Part shown: positions 10,276 to 21,700 of the stretch, in pieces
Numbering within the stretch: the stretch's first letter is position 1
Layout: each line of letters begins with the position of its first letter
NCBI RefSeq assembly: GCF_001194135.2
Contig: NC_068988.1
Span: forward strand, 57,508,154-57,540,299
Origin: Octopus bimaculoides
Lineage: Eukaryota
Reading direction: 5' to 3'
DNA: 32,146 nt
Notes under the pieces: model-generated
What the model was told of the DNA's origin: nothing
Seen by the model: only the letters and a program-made list of their open reading frames with translations
Database searches by the model: none
Position numbers and translations under genes: made by a program

Positions 10276-10538
10276 GTAATAATAATAATAATAATAATCG
10301 TTATTAATGAAAGAATGAAGAAGGAGGGAAAAGAGAAGGAGAAAGAGAAGTCTGATGACTGACTTCTCTTTGAGTGAATCTAAGATTTATATCAAAACAG
10401 CTGACTGGGACATGAATAAAGTCTAGGGCGGTGGCAGTTAACTTCTAGGTTTTGTTCTTGATTTTGCTTTTTGTTTTTTGTTTTGGTTTCCTTTTGTTTT
10501 TGCTAAGAACAACCCCTTCTGTTTGATAACATTTCATG

Positions 10539-10910
10539 NNNNNNNNNNNNNNNNNNNNNNNNNNNNNNNNNNNNNNNNNNNNNNNNNNNNNNNNNNNNNN
10601 NNNNNNNNNNNNNNNNNNNNNNNNNNNNNNNNNNNNNNNNNNNNNNNNNNNNNNNNNNNNNNNNNNNNNNNNNNNNNNNNNNNNNNNNNNNNNNNNNNNN
10701 NNNNNNNNNNNNNNNNNNNNNNNNNNNNNNNNNNNNNNNNNNNNNNNNNNNNNNNNNNNNNNNNNNNNNNNNNNNNNNNNNNNNNNNNNNNNNNNNNNNN
10801 NNNNNNNNNNNNNNNNNNNNNNNNNNNNNNNNNNNNNNNNNNNNNNNNNNNNNNNNNNNNNNNNNNNNNNNNNNNNNNNNNNNNNNNNNNNNNNNNNNNN
10901 NNNNNNNNNN
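10539..10910. other. Assembly gap (others: 17619-17739, 19439-19769, 20975-20984, 24928-25541, 27985-28350)
   Basis: N runs. Confidence 1.
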
Positions 10911-12572
10911 GTGGCAGTAGTAGTAGTAGTAGTAAAATCCTTCTTTTGGTGAAGGTAGAAAAAGGGTTTACATCATTTACTTTTGTGGGAGTTCAGGAAC
11001 AGTGGAAGAAAAGGAGGAGGAGGGGGGTGGAGGAGGAGGAGGAGGAGGAGCTGTTGAAAAGCAAAGAATATCAAACTTTCTCAAAGCCTCACCCAACAGT
11101 TGTCTTTCATCATGATGAAAGTTACTATGCTTATTATTATTATTACTATTATTATTATTGTTGTTGTTATTGTTATCATCGAACATTATTATTGCTATAT
11201 TATTGTACATTATTGTTGTTATTATTACACCAATATCTATTCATCTGCCTATTGAATCATTTATAAAAGGCAAAATGAGAAATTATATACCATCTGGAGA
11301 GAGAAGAAAAAAAATATATTTGATTACAAAATGCATATGAATGTATGTGCATGCATGTATTTATATATGTTTATGCATGCATTTATATGTGTGTGTGTGT
11401 GTGAGTGTGTATGCATTTATACACACGTTTGTATGTATTTGTGCATGTGTATATGTGTACGCACACATACACACACACACACACATCTGTCGGTTATAAA
11501 GAAAGGAAAAAAAAAAAACACATAAATAACATCATAGTATTTCCTGTCTGGTTTTTCTTGTCTGAAGGAACTGACTTTCACCTCCAGGAAACTCCAGAGG
11601 AACAAGCCAACAGATCATCCAAAACACACACACGCACGAATACATCTCAATACACAATAAACTGATTGTTTAATGTGTTGTACCACTATACTACTATCTA
11701 AATATCTTTATCAAGATAATAGTACAACCTACCATTATCTAGATATGTTTATCTTGATAGTAGGTGTCATAAGATTCCACCCAGCCACTATCTCCTATTC
11801 CAGCTCTCAACTTAAACCCTTAAAAACCACTCCACTTCCTTGTCTGTTTACTAAACAAGTGAGATAAGATGCTGTTTGGGATGCTGTGATTCCTGTGATT
11901 AGGAATCAAAACTAGAATCCCAGCCAGCAATGAAGTCTCCAGTGTTCATTCAAGATTTAGTTCATAATAAATGTTACAAAAGTTACCTTGACATTTAGTA
12001 GTTTCTTGTTCTTTTTCTAGTTTCAAGCACTGGACGACTGCCATACTGGGGCACCACCTTTAAAAGTTTTTAATCAGTTAATCATATTGACTCCAGTACT
12101 TATTTCACACTGGTATTTATTTTATTGATCTCTGATTATTAACTGACTTAGCATATTTGTTTGGCATTATAAGACATACTATTTTTTTTTTAAAAAGATG
12201 TTGCAAAAACAAAACAAAAATTGCAAAATCATTTTGGGTCCTCTATGTGAAGTTAGGCCTCCCATGAGCTTTAATGCACAAAAAAACTTAACTTGTTTTC
12301 TTGGCTGCATACTGCTGAAACTGGGGTGTATCTAACATGTCCATGCAGCCCTTACAGCTTTTATACCATCAAATATGCTAGTTACTATTTTGACATGAAG
12401 TAAAATAACTCAACACAAAGGTAAACACTCACACACACATTCAAAATGGATGCATGAATTTTTCCACTTCTTAAAGAAGGACTTTGTAATGTCAGAGATT
12501 TCCATTCCCTTCACTTTTATAGTACTATTCTATACGCATATAAACACACACACACACACACACACATTGTGG

Positions 12573-12725
12573 GTGCAGTATGACCAAATGGTTAGGAAGT
12601 TTACTTTGTAATCACAAGGCCCCAGTTTCAATCCCACTGCACAGCATCTTGGGCAAATACCATTTTCTATAGCCTTGGGTTGACCCATACCTTGTTGGTG
12701 GAATTGAAAAAAAATGTATTGAAAC
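12573..12725 (+). mobile_element. SINE family A 5' half, diverged
   Basis: tcaatcccactgcacagcatcttgggcaaataccattttctatagccttgggttgacc. Confidence 0.65.
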
Positions 12726-13515
12726 CTATCAAATGGATTGTATCTACAATTCAAAGATACATCCTCGTTACACACTATACCACACTGATTCTACCAGAGA
12801 ATCACATTAAGAATACATGTGTCTGTGAAATGTTCAACAACTTAAGCATTAACTTAATGAGCAATTAATTTAATTGATTGAATAACTGAACCTTCATCAG
12901 TGATTGACAGGGATCCAGCCATATACAGACACCATCATGGGCTTCTGCAAAATTCCATCTACCAAATTTCAGCTTAGCTGGTCACTGTTATTGTGCTGAA
13001 CATCAGGCCATATTGGATGTTATAGGTTGAGACACACAACATGAAATTGAGGAGGCTACCAATGCTAATGAGGACAGAGATTCCTGGTTGGAGATTAAAT
13101 AATTTTTCTCTCTCTCACTTTCACTCTCTTTCTCTCTCCCTCTCTCTCTCTCTCACACACACACACATCCCCAATATTTCATGGGTACTTTGCTTTTATT
13201 AACCACAGAAGAATGAAAGACAGATTCTATCCAGAATCTGAAATCAAAGCCTCAAAGGCTGCTCCTAAACATAGCTATGCATTTTGCTCCAAACCGATTT
13301 CTGATGTAGGGACAGGGCTACAAATTTTCAGAACAGGAGAATGCAGTTGATTATATCAACCTCAATATGTAAATAGTCATATTTTTTTTTCAACCCCAGA
13401 GAAACATTAAGTTGGCCTCAGTGAAATTTGAAATCAAAACATTAAGGGACATAACCAGACATCACAAGCCATTGGTTCAATATAAACATTCAACCAATCG
13501 GATCAATTTATTTAA

Positions 13516-13735
13516 CCCTCTAGTATTCAAACCGGTCATATCTGGTCAAAGTACTCTGCCTGTTTTACATTTAAACTGGCCAGATTTGGCTTCTCTTACC
13601 AACCCTACAATATCTTTCCAAAAATTAACAGTTACCACATTGAACTTTCATATCAACAGGATAATGCATGATTAATTCAAAACAATGTGAATAAATATGG
13701 ATTACATTTGGCAGAATAATGTGAATGTTAAAGGG
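13516..13735. mobile_element. piggyBac-type MITE
   Basis: TTAA|CCCTCTAGTATTCA ... TGAATGTTAAAGGG|TTGA: imperfect TIRs with a TTAA-like target site, 220 bp, non-coding. Confidence 0.65.
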
Positions 13736-14049
13736 TTGAATATTCATCAGCACAAGAACACACATTTGGTGTGAAGGAATAGTTGGTGATAATGGTTTTG
13801 ATATATGATACTGTTATTTCTTCAGTCTCAGAAGGATGAAAGGCAATGTCTCAACCCTGGTGAAATTTAATTTGGAACATAACCAAACACTGCAATAGAG
13901 TGTGTTTGATGTTTGGCCAATTCTTACACTAAACATTAAGCTGAATTTTTTATCAAACTGGCATCCTCTGTACTTCCATAAATGATGGTATAATATGGAG
14001 TATATATGCCAGAGAAAGGGAGAAAGTTAAATGTTTATTGCTTAAGATG

Positions 14050-14200
14050 TCTTTGCAAAATCTTTGGTATTACATGGGAAAGACAAGATCGCCAACTCTG
14101 AGGTTTTGGGTAACAAAGGAAAGAAGACCATATCTGCAATGCTCAATGAGTGTCATCTGTGATGGCTGGGTTATTTGTGCCAGACAGACACATCCCTAAA
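14050..14200 (+). mobile_element. RTE-clade LINE fragment (C-terminal to RT)
   Basis: LCKIFGITW/KDKIANSEVLGNKGKKTISAMLNECHL*WLGYLCQ resembles the RTE motif LRRILGITWQDKVPNTEVL...RRLRWLGHV. Confidence 0.65.
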
Positions 14201-15334
14201 TGTTTAATACATAGCCTACTTGAGTATGGATCACATCAAACAAATCATTTTTATCTAAAATATATGAATGCATGTTAAAGGGACAACTGACCAGTACACG
14301 TTTAATGGGGACATAGAAGGATGTAGCATTAAACTGTTTATTCCAGGGATGTGCTGTGAAGGCAGAGGGGAAAAAGGTTGAATTTGAGAAACTAAAAAGA
14401 CAAATGTGAAAGACATCAACTCTACACAACTTAGTCTTTGTCTGTAGTAACTGTAAAAAGAACTCCACTTATCAAACAGGCTGACACAGTCATTACATAT
14501 GATGTACCAGTATAATGATGGAGTAGAAAGGAAAGAGTGGAAAGAAAAAGAGAAAGAAAGAGAGAAGTAGAAGAAAAGAAGAAATTTCCATCAAGTTGAG
14601 GTTGATGATGATCAATCCACACAAATATTAAATCCCATGAGAAAGAAAAGCAAAAACAAACATGTTTTAGTGCTTATCTGGAAAGAGTAAGGAATAGGTG
14701 AAGTATTAATGTCGACCCAGTGCAGAAAACTGTATCTGTTAGCAGCTAGCATTGCAGCAAATAATTCCTAAGGAAAGAGGAAATAGCAGTGTAAAGTAAA
14801 GAGTAGTTTATCTTTTAGTAAACATTCTGTGGGAATACCAGAATGTTCTCAGGTAGAGAAAACGAAAACAGTTTCTTTTTTTTTTCAAATACTTTAATCT
14901 GATTTAATAATCATACTGGTAAAATGTCTAACGGAGGATAAGATACTGAGCAAACAGCTTGCAGGATGGGGGTGGTAAGGTAAATTCGTTCATATCTATT
15001 GAAGGAATTTTGGTGTGTACCTGATGTTTATACATGTTTGGGTGTGCAAACAAGAGACAAGGTACTTGAGTCGAGTATATTTATTCACTTGAAATTTACG
15101 ATGCATTTCATTGTAACTCAAAGTGTCTTGTCACTTGTATTCTTTCAAAAAAAAAAAAAATATGGATTTCATATCTTTTCCTTACCAAGAAGATAGCACA
15201 TGGCAAAAAACCCTGACTAGCAATGCTGTGAATGAATGTGTGTCTATAGTAGTGGTTCTCAACTATTTTTTTTTTTTATCTATGTACTCCTTTGATTACT
15301 ATTCTATTCTGGACAATGAATTATATGAGACATA

Positions 15335-15560
15335 TATTATCATCATCATCATCAAACATTTGCTTCCCATACTGGCATATGTTCAACGTTTTGACAGGGT
15401 CCAACAAGCTGCAGAGTTGTGTCAGGCCCCAATGTCTGCTTTGGCATGATTTCTACAGCTGGATACCTTTTCAAACATCAGCCACTTTGTGCTTTGCACT
15501 GGGTGTTTTTTATGTGGCACCAACACTAGTGAGGTCACCAAATAACTTGCAAGACAAAGC
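15335..15560 (-). mobile_element. Family D repeat: 3' end of a (GAT)n-tailed retroelement, probably RTE-related
   Basis: (CAT)n then catttgcttcccatactggcat...tttctacagctggatacc; homologous to 16628-16726, 21037-21700 and 23808-23856. Confidence 0.6.
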
Positions 15561-15817
15561 AAAGAAAGAAAAAGAAAAAGGAAAAAGCCTCCTCAATTGA
15601 GCAGGAGTGTATCTGAGAGAGGGGGAGGTGACTTTATGCCAGGTGTTGATAGAAGAACAAGCACAGGTGTCTTTCTATAGCAGAGACACCTGGCTATCCT
15701 ACATTATGTGAAAGTGAGTGAGTTGCTGGAAGAGAAATAAAATATAGTGGTGATGGGGTGCTAGAGTGTACTCTCAAGGTACAAGGTGAGTATAAAGGAG
15801 AATATAGATAGTGGATC

Positions 15818-16090
15818 TGGGCAAGTGTCTTCTACTATAGCCTCGGGCCGACCAAAGCCTTGTGAGTGGATTTGGTAGACGGAAACTGAAAGAAGTTTCC
15901 CCCCCAACATCGCTTGACAACCAAAGCTGGTGTGTTTAAGTCCCCGTAAATTAGCGGTTTGGCAAAAAAGACTGATAGAATAAGTACTAGGCTTACAAAG
16001 AATAAGTCCTGGGGTCGATTTGCTCAACTAAAGGCGGTGCTCCAGCATGGCCACAGTCAAATGACTGAAACAAGTAAAAGAGTAAAAGAG
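15818..16090 (+). mobile_element. SINE family A, well-preserved, 5'-truncated, lacking the central microsatellite
   Basis: ggcaagtgtcttctactatagcctcgggccgaccaaagcc...ggtgctccagcatggccacagtcaaatgactgaaacaagtaaaag. Confidence 0.9.
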
Positions 16091-16096
16091 TATATG

Positions 16097-16156
16097 TATT
16101 CTTTTATTCTGTTATGTGTTTCAGCCCTATGGCTGTGGCCATGCTGGAGTACCACC
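16097..16156 (-). mobile_element. SINE family A 3'-end fragment, inverted against the preceding copy
   Basis: ctgtggccatgctggagtaccacc is close to the reverse complement of ggcggtgctccagcatggccacag. Confidence 0.7.
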
Positions 16157-16627
16157 AGTATTTCATGATGAAGAGGCCACAACAATGTGGAGGTGAAGAA
16201 CCTGAATGTGCGAAACAACAAATGAATGGAGTTGCAGCTATCGGTGACACGGATGAGTATGAATGAATGAACGAGTGATCACAGTGGCTGCAGGGTGCGA
16301 GGTGGAGTGCAACTATGAGAGCAGAGGCGAAGGCACTTAAATGCAGACAGATGATGTGGTGGCGGTGGTGACATATCGAGGACTTGCTGGCTCAGTTGGG
16401 TCAAGAGGCATGTACCCGTGTCGGTGATCACTGAGCAGAAGAGAGTGACAAGAACTGCCCATCCACACAACTACCTCATCTGAATCTTCTAATAAGGAGG
16501 AAAGGTAGTGCTTATGACTTTTTACAGGGCCTCCAAGACTGGTGTGACAAAATGTATTTTTAGACAAGAGACCTGGCCCAAATTCATGCAACAGAGTAAC
16601 CCCTGCTAAAGGACCCAAGGTGCCAAT

Positions 16628-16726
16628 TCATCATCATCATCATCGTTTAACGTCCGCTTTCCATGCTAGCATGGGTTGGATGATTTGACTGAGGACTGGT
16701 GAACCAGATGGCTACACCAGGCTCCG
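16628..16726 (-). mobile_element. Family D 3'-terminal fragment with (GAT)n tail
   Basis: catcatcatcatcatcgtttaacgtccgctttccatgctagcatgggttgg. Confidence 0.7.
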
Positions 16727-16973
16727 CTAAATTGGGTGACAGATTAAGTCAATCATCCAAATAGGCTATGGTAGGATTTGAAATCAGAACACACAGAACT
16801 GCAACAAACACCACAAGGAATCAGGTCTGATACTTTTACAATTCTACCAATGCCCCACCCAGGTGGATGGGCTGAAAACTAAAAGTAGAAAAAAAGGGTG
16901 GTCTCAACTTCAAATAAAGGAACAGACTTTTGTACATGTATTGGGTACTTCTTCACATTCAAGTATTCAAATG

Positions 16974-17015
<42 letters not shown>

Positions 17016-17347
17016 GTTTTTAACATCTGTTTATACAAAGTGTGAAGGGCTGAAGTACAAGAATAGCACAACAACAAATCACCACTCATCACAACCCTGT
17101 ATCATCTCAACATCTTGAGAAGTGATCTTATCACTTCTCCATACTTCCTCTTCACTTTTTCCTTTTCCTATCACAGTTAATCTTCTTCCACTGACACCAT
17201 CATACACCACATTTTCTCTCATCATCCATTCACATTGCATATTCACACCGCAGTAGTCATGTCTCCTTTAGCAGCAGATACTTGTAATTAAAACATTTAT
17301 TTCACAATCACATGCTTCCAGGTTCAATCCTACTGTGTAGCACTTTA

Positions 17348-17569
17348 CTCCTTTACTTATTTCAGTCATTTGACTGTGGCCATGCTGGAGCACCGCCTTT
17401 AGTCGATCAAATCGACCCCAGGACTTATACTTTGTAAGCCTAGTACTTATTCTACCGGTCTGTTTTTACCGAACCGCTAAGTTACGTGGACGTAAACACA
17501 CCAGCATCGGTTGTCAAGCGATGTTGGGGGACAAACACAGACACACAAACATATACACACACAAACATA

Positions 17570-17618
<49 letters not shown>

Positions 17619-17912
17619 NNNNNNNNNNNNNNNNNNNNNNNNNNNNNNNNNNNNNNNNNNNNNNNNNNNNNNNNNNNNNNNNNNNNNNNNNNNNNNNNNN
17701 NNNNNNNNNNNNNNNNNNNNNNNNNNNNNNNNNNNNNNNTATATACACACATACATATATACGGTGGGCTTCTTTTAGTTTCCGTCTACCAAATCCACAT
17801 CCACTCACAGGGCTTTGGTTGGCCTGAGGCTATTGTAGAAGACACTTGCCCAAGGTGCCAAGCAGTGGGACTGAACCCAGAACCAAGTTACTTATCACAC
17901 AGCCACTCCATC
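17348..17912 (-). mobile_element. SINE family A, near full-length with an expanded (TA)n centre spanning an assembly gap
   Basis: Clear 3' half at 17348-17560 and 5' half at 17760-17912. Confidence 0.9.
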
Positions 17913-18099
17913 GCCTTTAGTCAAAAAAAAAAAACAAAAAGGGTAATCTGTCATAACTTTATGTTGACTCAAAACTCAAGTGAAACTGGCTGGCTGAGTA
18001 CACCGCTGATTATGATGACAAGTGTTTATCATGAAATTAACATGCAAGTGGCTGAGCTCTTCAAGTATATCACTGCTTTTGAAAGGTAGGAAAGGTGTT

Positions 18100-18365
18100 G
18101 TGCTTGGTGTTCGTTGACCTGATGAAAGCCTTCAACAGGGTCCTTAGTTTTGAGATCTGATTGACTATGAAGGAGCTCGAGGTAAATGAATGTCCTGTGA
18201 AGGCTATACAACCTGTGAAATGGGGTGCTGTCAGGAATTTCACAGGTCTTGGTTCTCAGTCCCCTCCTATTTGTTATAGTCTTCCGGGCCACAACAGAGG
18301 AACTTATAACCAGTTGACCCTGTGAACTACAATAAGCTAATAATGTTCTTCTCATAGCAGAATGT
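18100..18365 (+). mobile_element. RTE-clade LINE reverse transcriptase fragment, decayed
   Basis: CLVFVDLMKAFNRV...GS/LSPLLFVIV...ELQ*ANNVLLIAE corresponds to RT motifs FVDLEKAFDRV, QGSVLSPLLF and YADD. Confidence 0.75.
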
Positions 18366-18564
18366 CTAAAAGACACACATACCCTTAATGTAGTTTTTAG
18401 GCAGATTTTCAGGCAATTTAAAGTTGTATGTTGGTAGAGTCATTAGAACATCAGATAGAATGTCTTGGGATATCCCTTTGTACTCTGAGTTCAAATCCCA
18501 GCAATGTTAACTTTGCCTTTTAACCATTAGTGGATCAAAGCACCTGTCAAGTATTGAGTTTTGA

Positions 18565-18565
18565 T

Positions 18566-18612
<47 letters not shown>

Positions 18613-18625
18613 TCTCTCTTTCTCT
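18565..18625. repeat. (CT)n microsatellite
   Basis: Direct inspection. Confidence 0.95.
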
Positions 18626-18957
18626 CGCTTCCTTTAGATAAACTTCTTAAGACCAAACTATGAAAAAACTCAGAATATCCTTAACATGTACCCTGGTGTG
18701 TACAGCATGCAACCTGTTACTGCTCACCCCCATCTTCTGACATTTAATTCCCCCACCCAGTCTTTCTTTTCCTTTGTTTTCTTGATGATGTTGTTATGGG
18801 TTTTTTTTTTATACTTGATCTTTTATACTTTTTATATTTTTTCTTTCTTTTCTCTCTCCCCTCCACACCGTAAAAATTCGTTTGTTTCTTTAGCATTAAT
18901 CAACATAAATTCTAAACTCTAGCAAAACAAAAGATTTTCTCCAAACAATTATTGTTG

Positions 18958-18992
18958 CAGTGGCAGTGGCAGTGGCAAAGCAGCAAAGCAGG

Positions 18993-19041
<49 letters not shown>

Positions 19042-19222
19042 CAGTAGCAGCAGCAGTAGTAGTAGTAGTGTTGGTAGTGGTGGTGGTGGTAGCAGTAGTA
19101 GTAGTAGCAGCAACAGCAGTAGTAGTAGTAGAGGTGGTAGTGGTGGTGGTGGTGGTGGTGGTGGTAGTAGTAGTAGTAGCAACAGCAGTAGTAGTAGTAG
19201 AGGTGGTGGTGGTAGTAGTAGT
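18958..19222. repeat. Compound (GTA)/(GCA)/(GTG) trinucleotide microsatellite
   Basis: Direct inspection; source of spurious poly-T/V/L ORFs. Confidence 0.95.
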
Positions 19223-19250
19223 CATATAAACAATAAAGGTACTGTGTAGG

Positions 19251-21423
19251 AAATGATCACCTTCTTTCTCTGTCTCCCTTCATTTCATTATGAAGCCTAC
19301 TTTGAAGAAGACAATGGACACTTGAGATGTGTGTCTGTGTGTGTGTGTGTGTATAAAACTTGAGAAAGAGGGGTAAAGAGAGGACGTATAGGAGATAAAG
19401 ACTGGTATAAGGGCTCTTGGTTATATAGGATGAGAAGCNNNNNNNNNNNNNNNNNNNNNNNNNNNNNNNNNNNNNNNNNNNNNNNNNNNNNNNNNNNNNN
19501 NNNNNNNNNNNNNNNNNNNNNNNNNNNNNNNNNNNNNNNNNNNNNNNNNNNNNNNNNNNNNNNNNNNNNNNNNNNNNNNNNNNNNNNNNNNNNNNNNNNN
19601 NNNNNNNNNNNNNNNNNNNNNNNNNNNNNNNNNNNNNNNNNNNNNNNNNNNNNNNNNNNNNNNNNNNNNNNNNNNNNNNNNNNNNNNNNNNNNNNNNNNN
19701 NNNNNNNNNNNNNNNNNNNNNNNNNNNNNNNNNNNNNNNNNNNNNNNNNNNNNNNNNNNNNNNNNNNNNTTTTGCCGTGTTAATTTCATCATCATCATCA
19801 TATAGTGTCAGTTTTCCATGCTGGTATGGTCTAGACCAGTGGTTCCCAAACTATGAGTCGCGACCCACTGATGGGTCGCAAACGGAATCCTAGTGGGTTG
19901 CAAAAAGTTATAACATTACGCATTAGCTTTGATTAACTGCTGTCTATCGAGATAGTTCAAGACTCATGTTTTAAATACTAGACTGGTTGTTTTATCATTG
20001 AACCTGATGTTAATTCTATTATTGAGTGCAGCAAGAAACAGGCTCATCCTTTTCACAGGCCTCAATGATAAAGTAATCTGAAATAAATTTGCTTCTTTCA
20101 TTAATGTTTTTACCCAGTAGAGTTAAGTGGGTCACCATAAACTGGTGTCATAAATAGTGGGTTGCATCTCTAAATGATCACCTTCTTTCTCTGTCTCCCT
20201 TCATTTCATTATTAACCCCCCCACACCACTGAAGCCTACTTTGAAGAAGACAATGGACACTTAAGATGTGTGTGTGTGTGTGTGTGTGTGTATAAAACTT
20301 GAGAAAGAGGGGTAAAGAGAGGACGTATAGGAGATAAAGACTGGTATAAGGGCTCTTGGTTATATAGGATGAGAAGCAAGTGGTCTGGGTGGGGGGGGGG
20401 TTATTTTATCTTTGTTTACACTTGACCAACATTGAAAATAGTTGATTTTGCTTTGTGTTTGCTACAGTTACAGCAAAAAGTGTCATGTGCAGAAGAAGGT
20501 CAAAGAATTTGTGGGAAGGATGAGAGAGGTCACCTGTCAGAAGTTTGGAGGTTTTTTGAGGAAAAAACCAGGGTGAACAGTATTGGTGAAACTGATGAAA
20601 CCAGGGTGAACTGATGCTGCAAAATCCCTACCATTTTGCCGTGTTAATTTCATCATCATCATCATATAGTGTCAGTTTTCCATGCTGGTATGGTCTAGAC
20701 CAGTGGTTCCCAAACTATGAGTCGCGACCCACTGATGGGTCGCAAACGGAATCCTAGTGGGTTGCAAAAAGTTATAACATTACGCATTAGCTTTGATTAA
20801 CTGCTGTCTATCGAGATAGTTCAAGACTCATGTTTTAAATACTAGACTGGTTGTTTTATCATTGAACCTGATGTTAATTCTATTATCGAGTGCAGCAAGA
20901 AACAGGCTCATCCTTTTCACAGGCCTCAATGATAAAGTAATCTGAAATAAATTTGCTTCTTTCATTAATGTTTTNNNNNNNNNNACCAGGGTGAACTGAT
21001 GCTGCAAAATCCCTACCATTTTGCCGTGTTAATTTCATCATCATCATCATATAGTGTCAGTTTTCCATGCTGGTATGGTCTAGACCAGTGGTTCCCAAAC
21101 TATGAGTCGCGACCCACTGATGGGTCGCAAACGGAATCCTAGTGGGTTGCAAAAAGTTATAACATTACGCATTAGCTTTGATTAACTGCTGTCTATCGAG
21201 ATAGTTCAAGACTCATGTTTTAAATACTAGACTGGTTGTTTTATCATTGAACCTGATGTTAATTCTATTATCGAGTGCAGCAAGAAACAGGCTCATCCTT
21301 TTCACAGGCCTCAATGATAAAGTAATCTGAAATAAATTTGCTTCTTTCATTAATGTTTTTACCCAGTAGAGTTAAGTGGGTCACCATAAACTGGTGTCAT
21401 AAATAGTGGGTTGCATCTCTAAA
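19251..21423. repeat. Local tandem duplication of a ~0.9-kb unit, plus a 375-bp exact duplicate across a 10-N gap
   Basis: 19251-19438 matches 20172-20377 (18-bp indel, SNPs); 19770-20174 matches the MITE-bearing block; 20600-20974 equals 20985-21359. Confidence 0.9.
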
Positions 21424-21440
21424 AAGTTTGGGAACCACTA
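21086..21440. mobile_element. hAT (Charlie-like) MITE, 355 bp, inserted into a family D element; right-truncated duplicates start at 19837 and 20701
   Basis: 16-bp TIR CAGTGGTTCCCAAACT / AGTTTGGGAACCACTA; 8-bp TSD GTCTAGAC (21078-21085) / GTATAGAC (21441-21448), matching the hAT NTCTAGAN target preference. Confidence 0.9.
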
Positions 21441-21448
21441 GTATAGAC

Positions 21449-21700
21449 AGCTTGACTGGAACTGGTAAGCTGGAGAGCTGCACCAGGCTTCAGTGTATTT
21501 TGGTTTGATTTCTACAGCTGGATGCCATTCCTAATGTCAGCCACTCCACAGAGTGTACCAGGTACCTTTAACATGTCGCCAGTATGGGTACCTTAACATG
21601 TCACCAGCAGAGGTGCCTATTATGTGTTACCGGAATGGGTGCCTTTTACATGTCACCAGCTCAGGTGCCTTTAATGTATCACCAGCACTGGCTAAGACTA
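21449..21700 (-). mobile_element. Family D repeat continuing after the MITE, with an internal ~24-bp minisatellite (about 5 units of ggtgccttttacatgtcaccagc)
   Basis: agcttgactggaactggtaagctggagagctgcaccaggc...tttctacagctggatgccattcc; tandem units at 21558-21690. Confidence 0.65.

Noticed and set aside
20440-20500. Plus-strand acceptor-like ttgtgtttgctacag and a possible mini-exon
   Set aside because: Weak donor, no coding signal, no other plus-strand gene evidence
20555-20620. CTGATGA near ccagggtgaac repeats as a possible hammerhead
   Set aside because: No GAAA after a stem II and no stem I; just a short direct repeat
20600-21359. Exact 375-bp duplicate flanking a 10-N gap
   Set aside because: Identical copies on both sides of a minimal gap are a typical contig-overlap artefact
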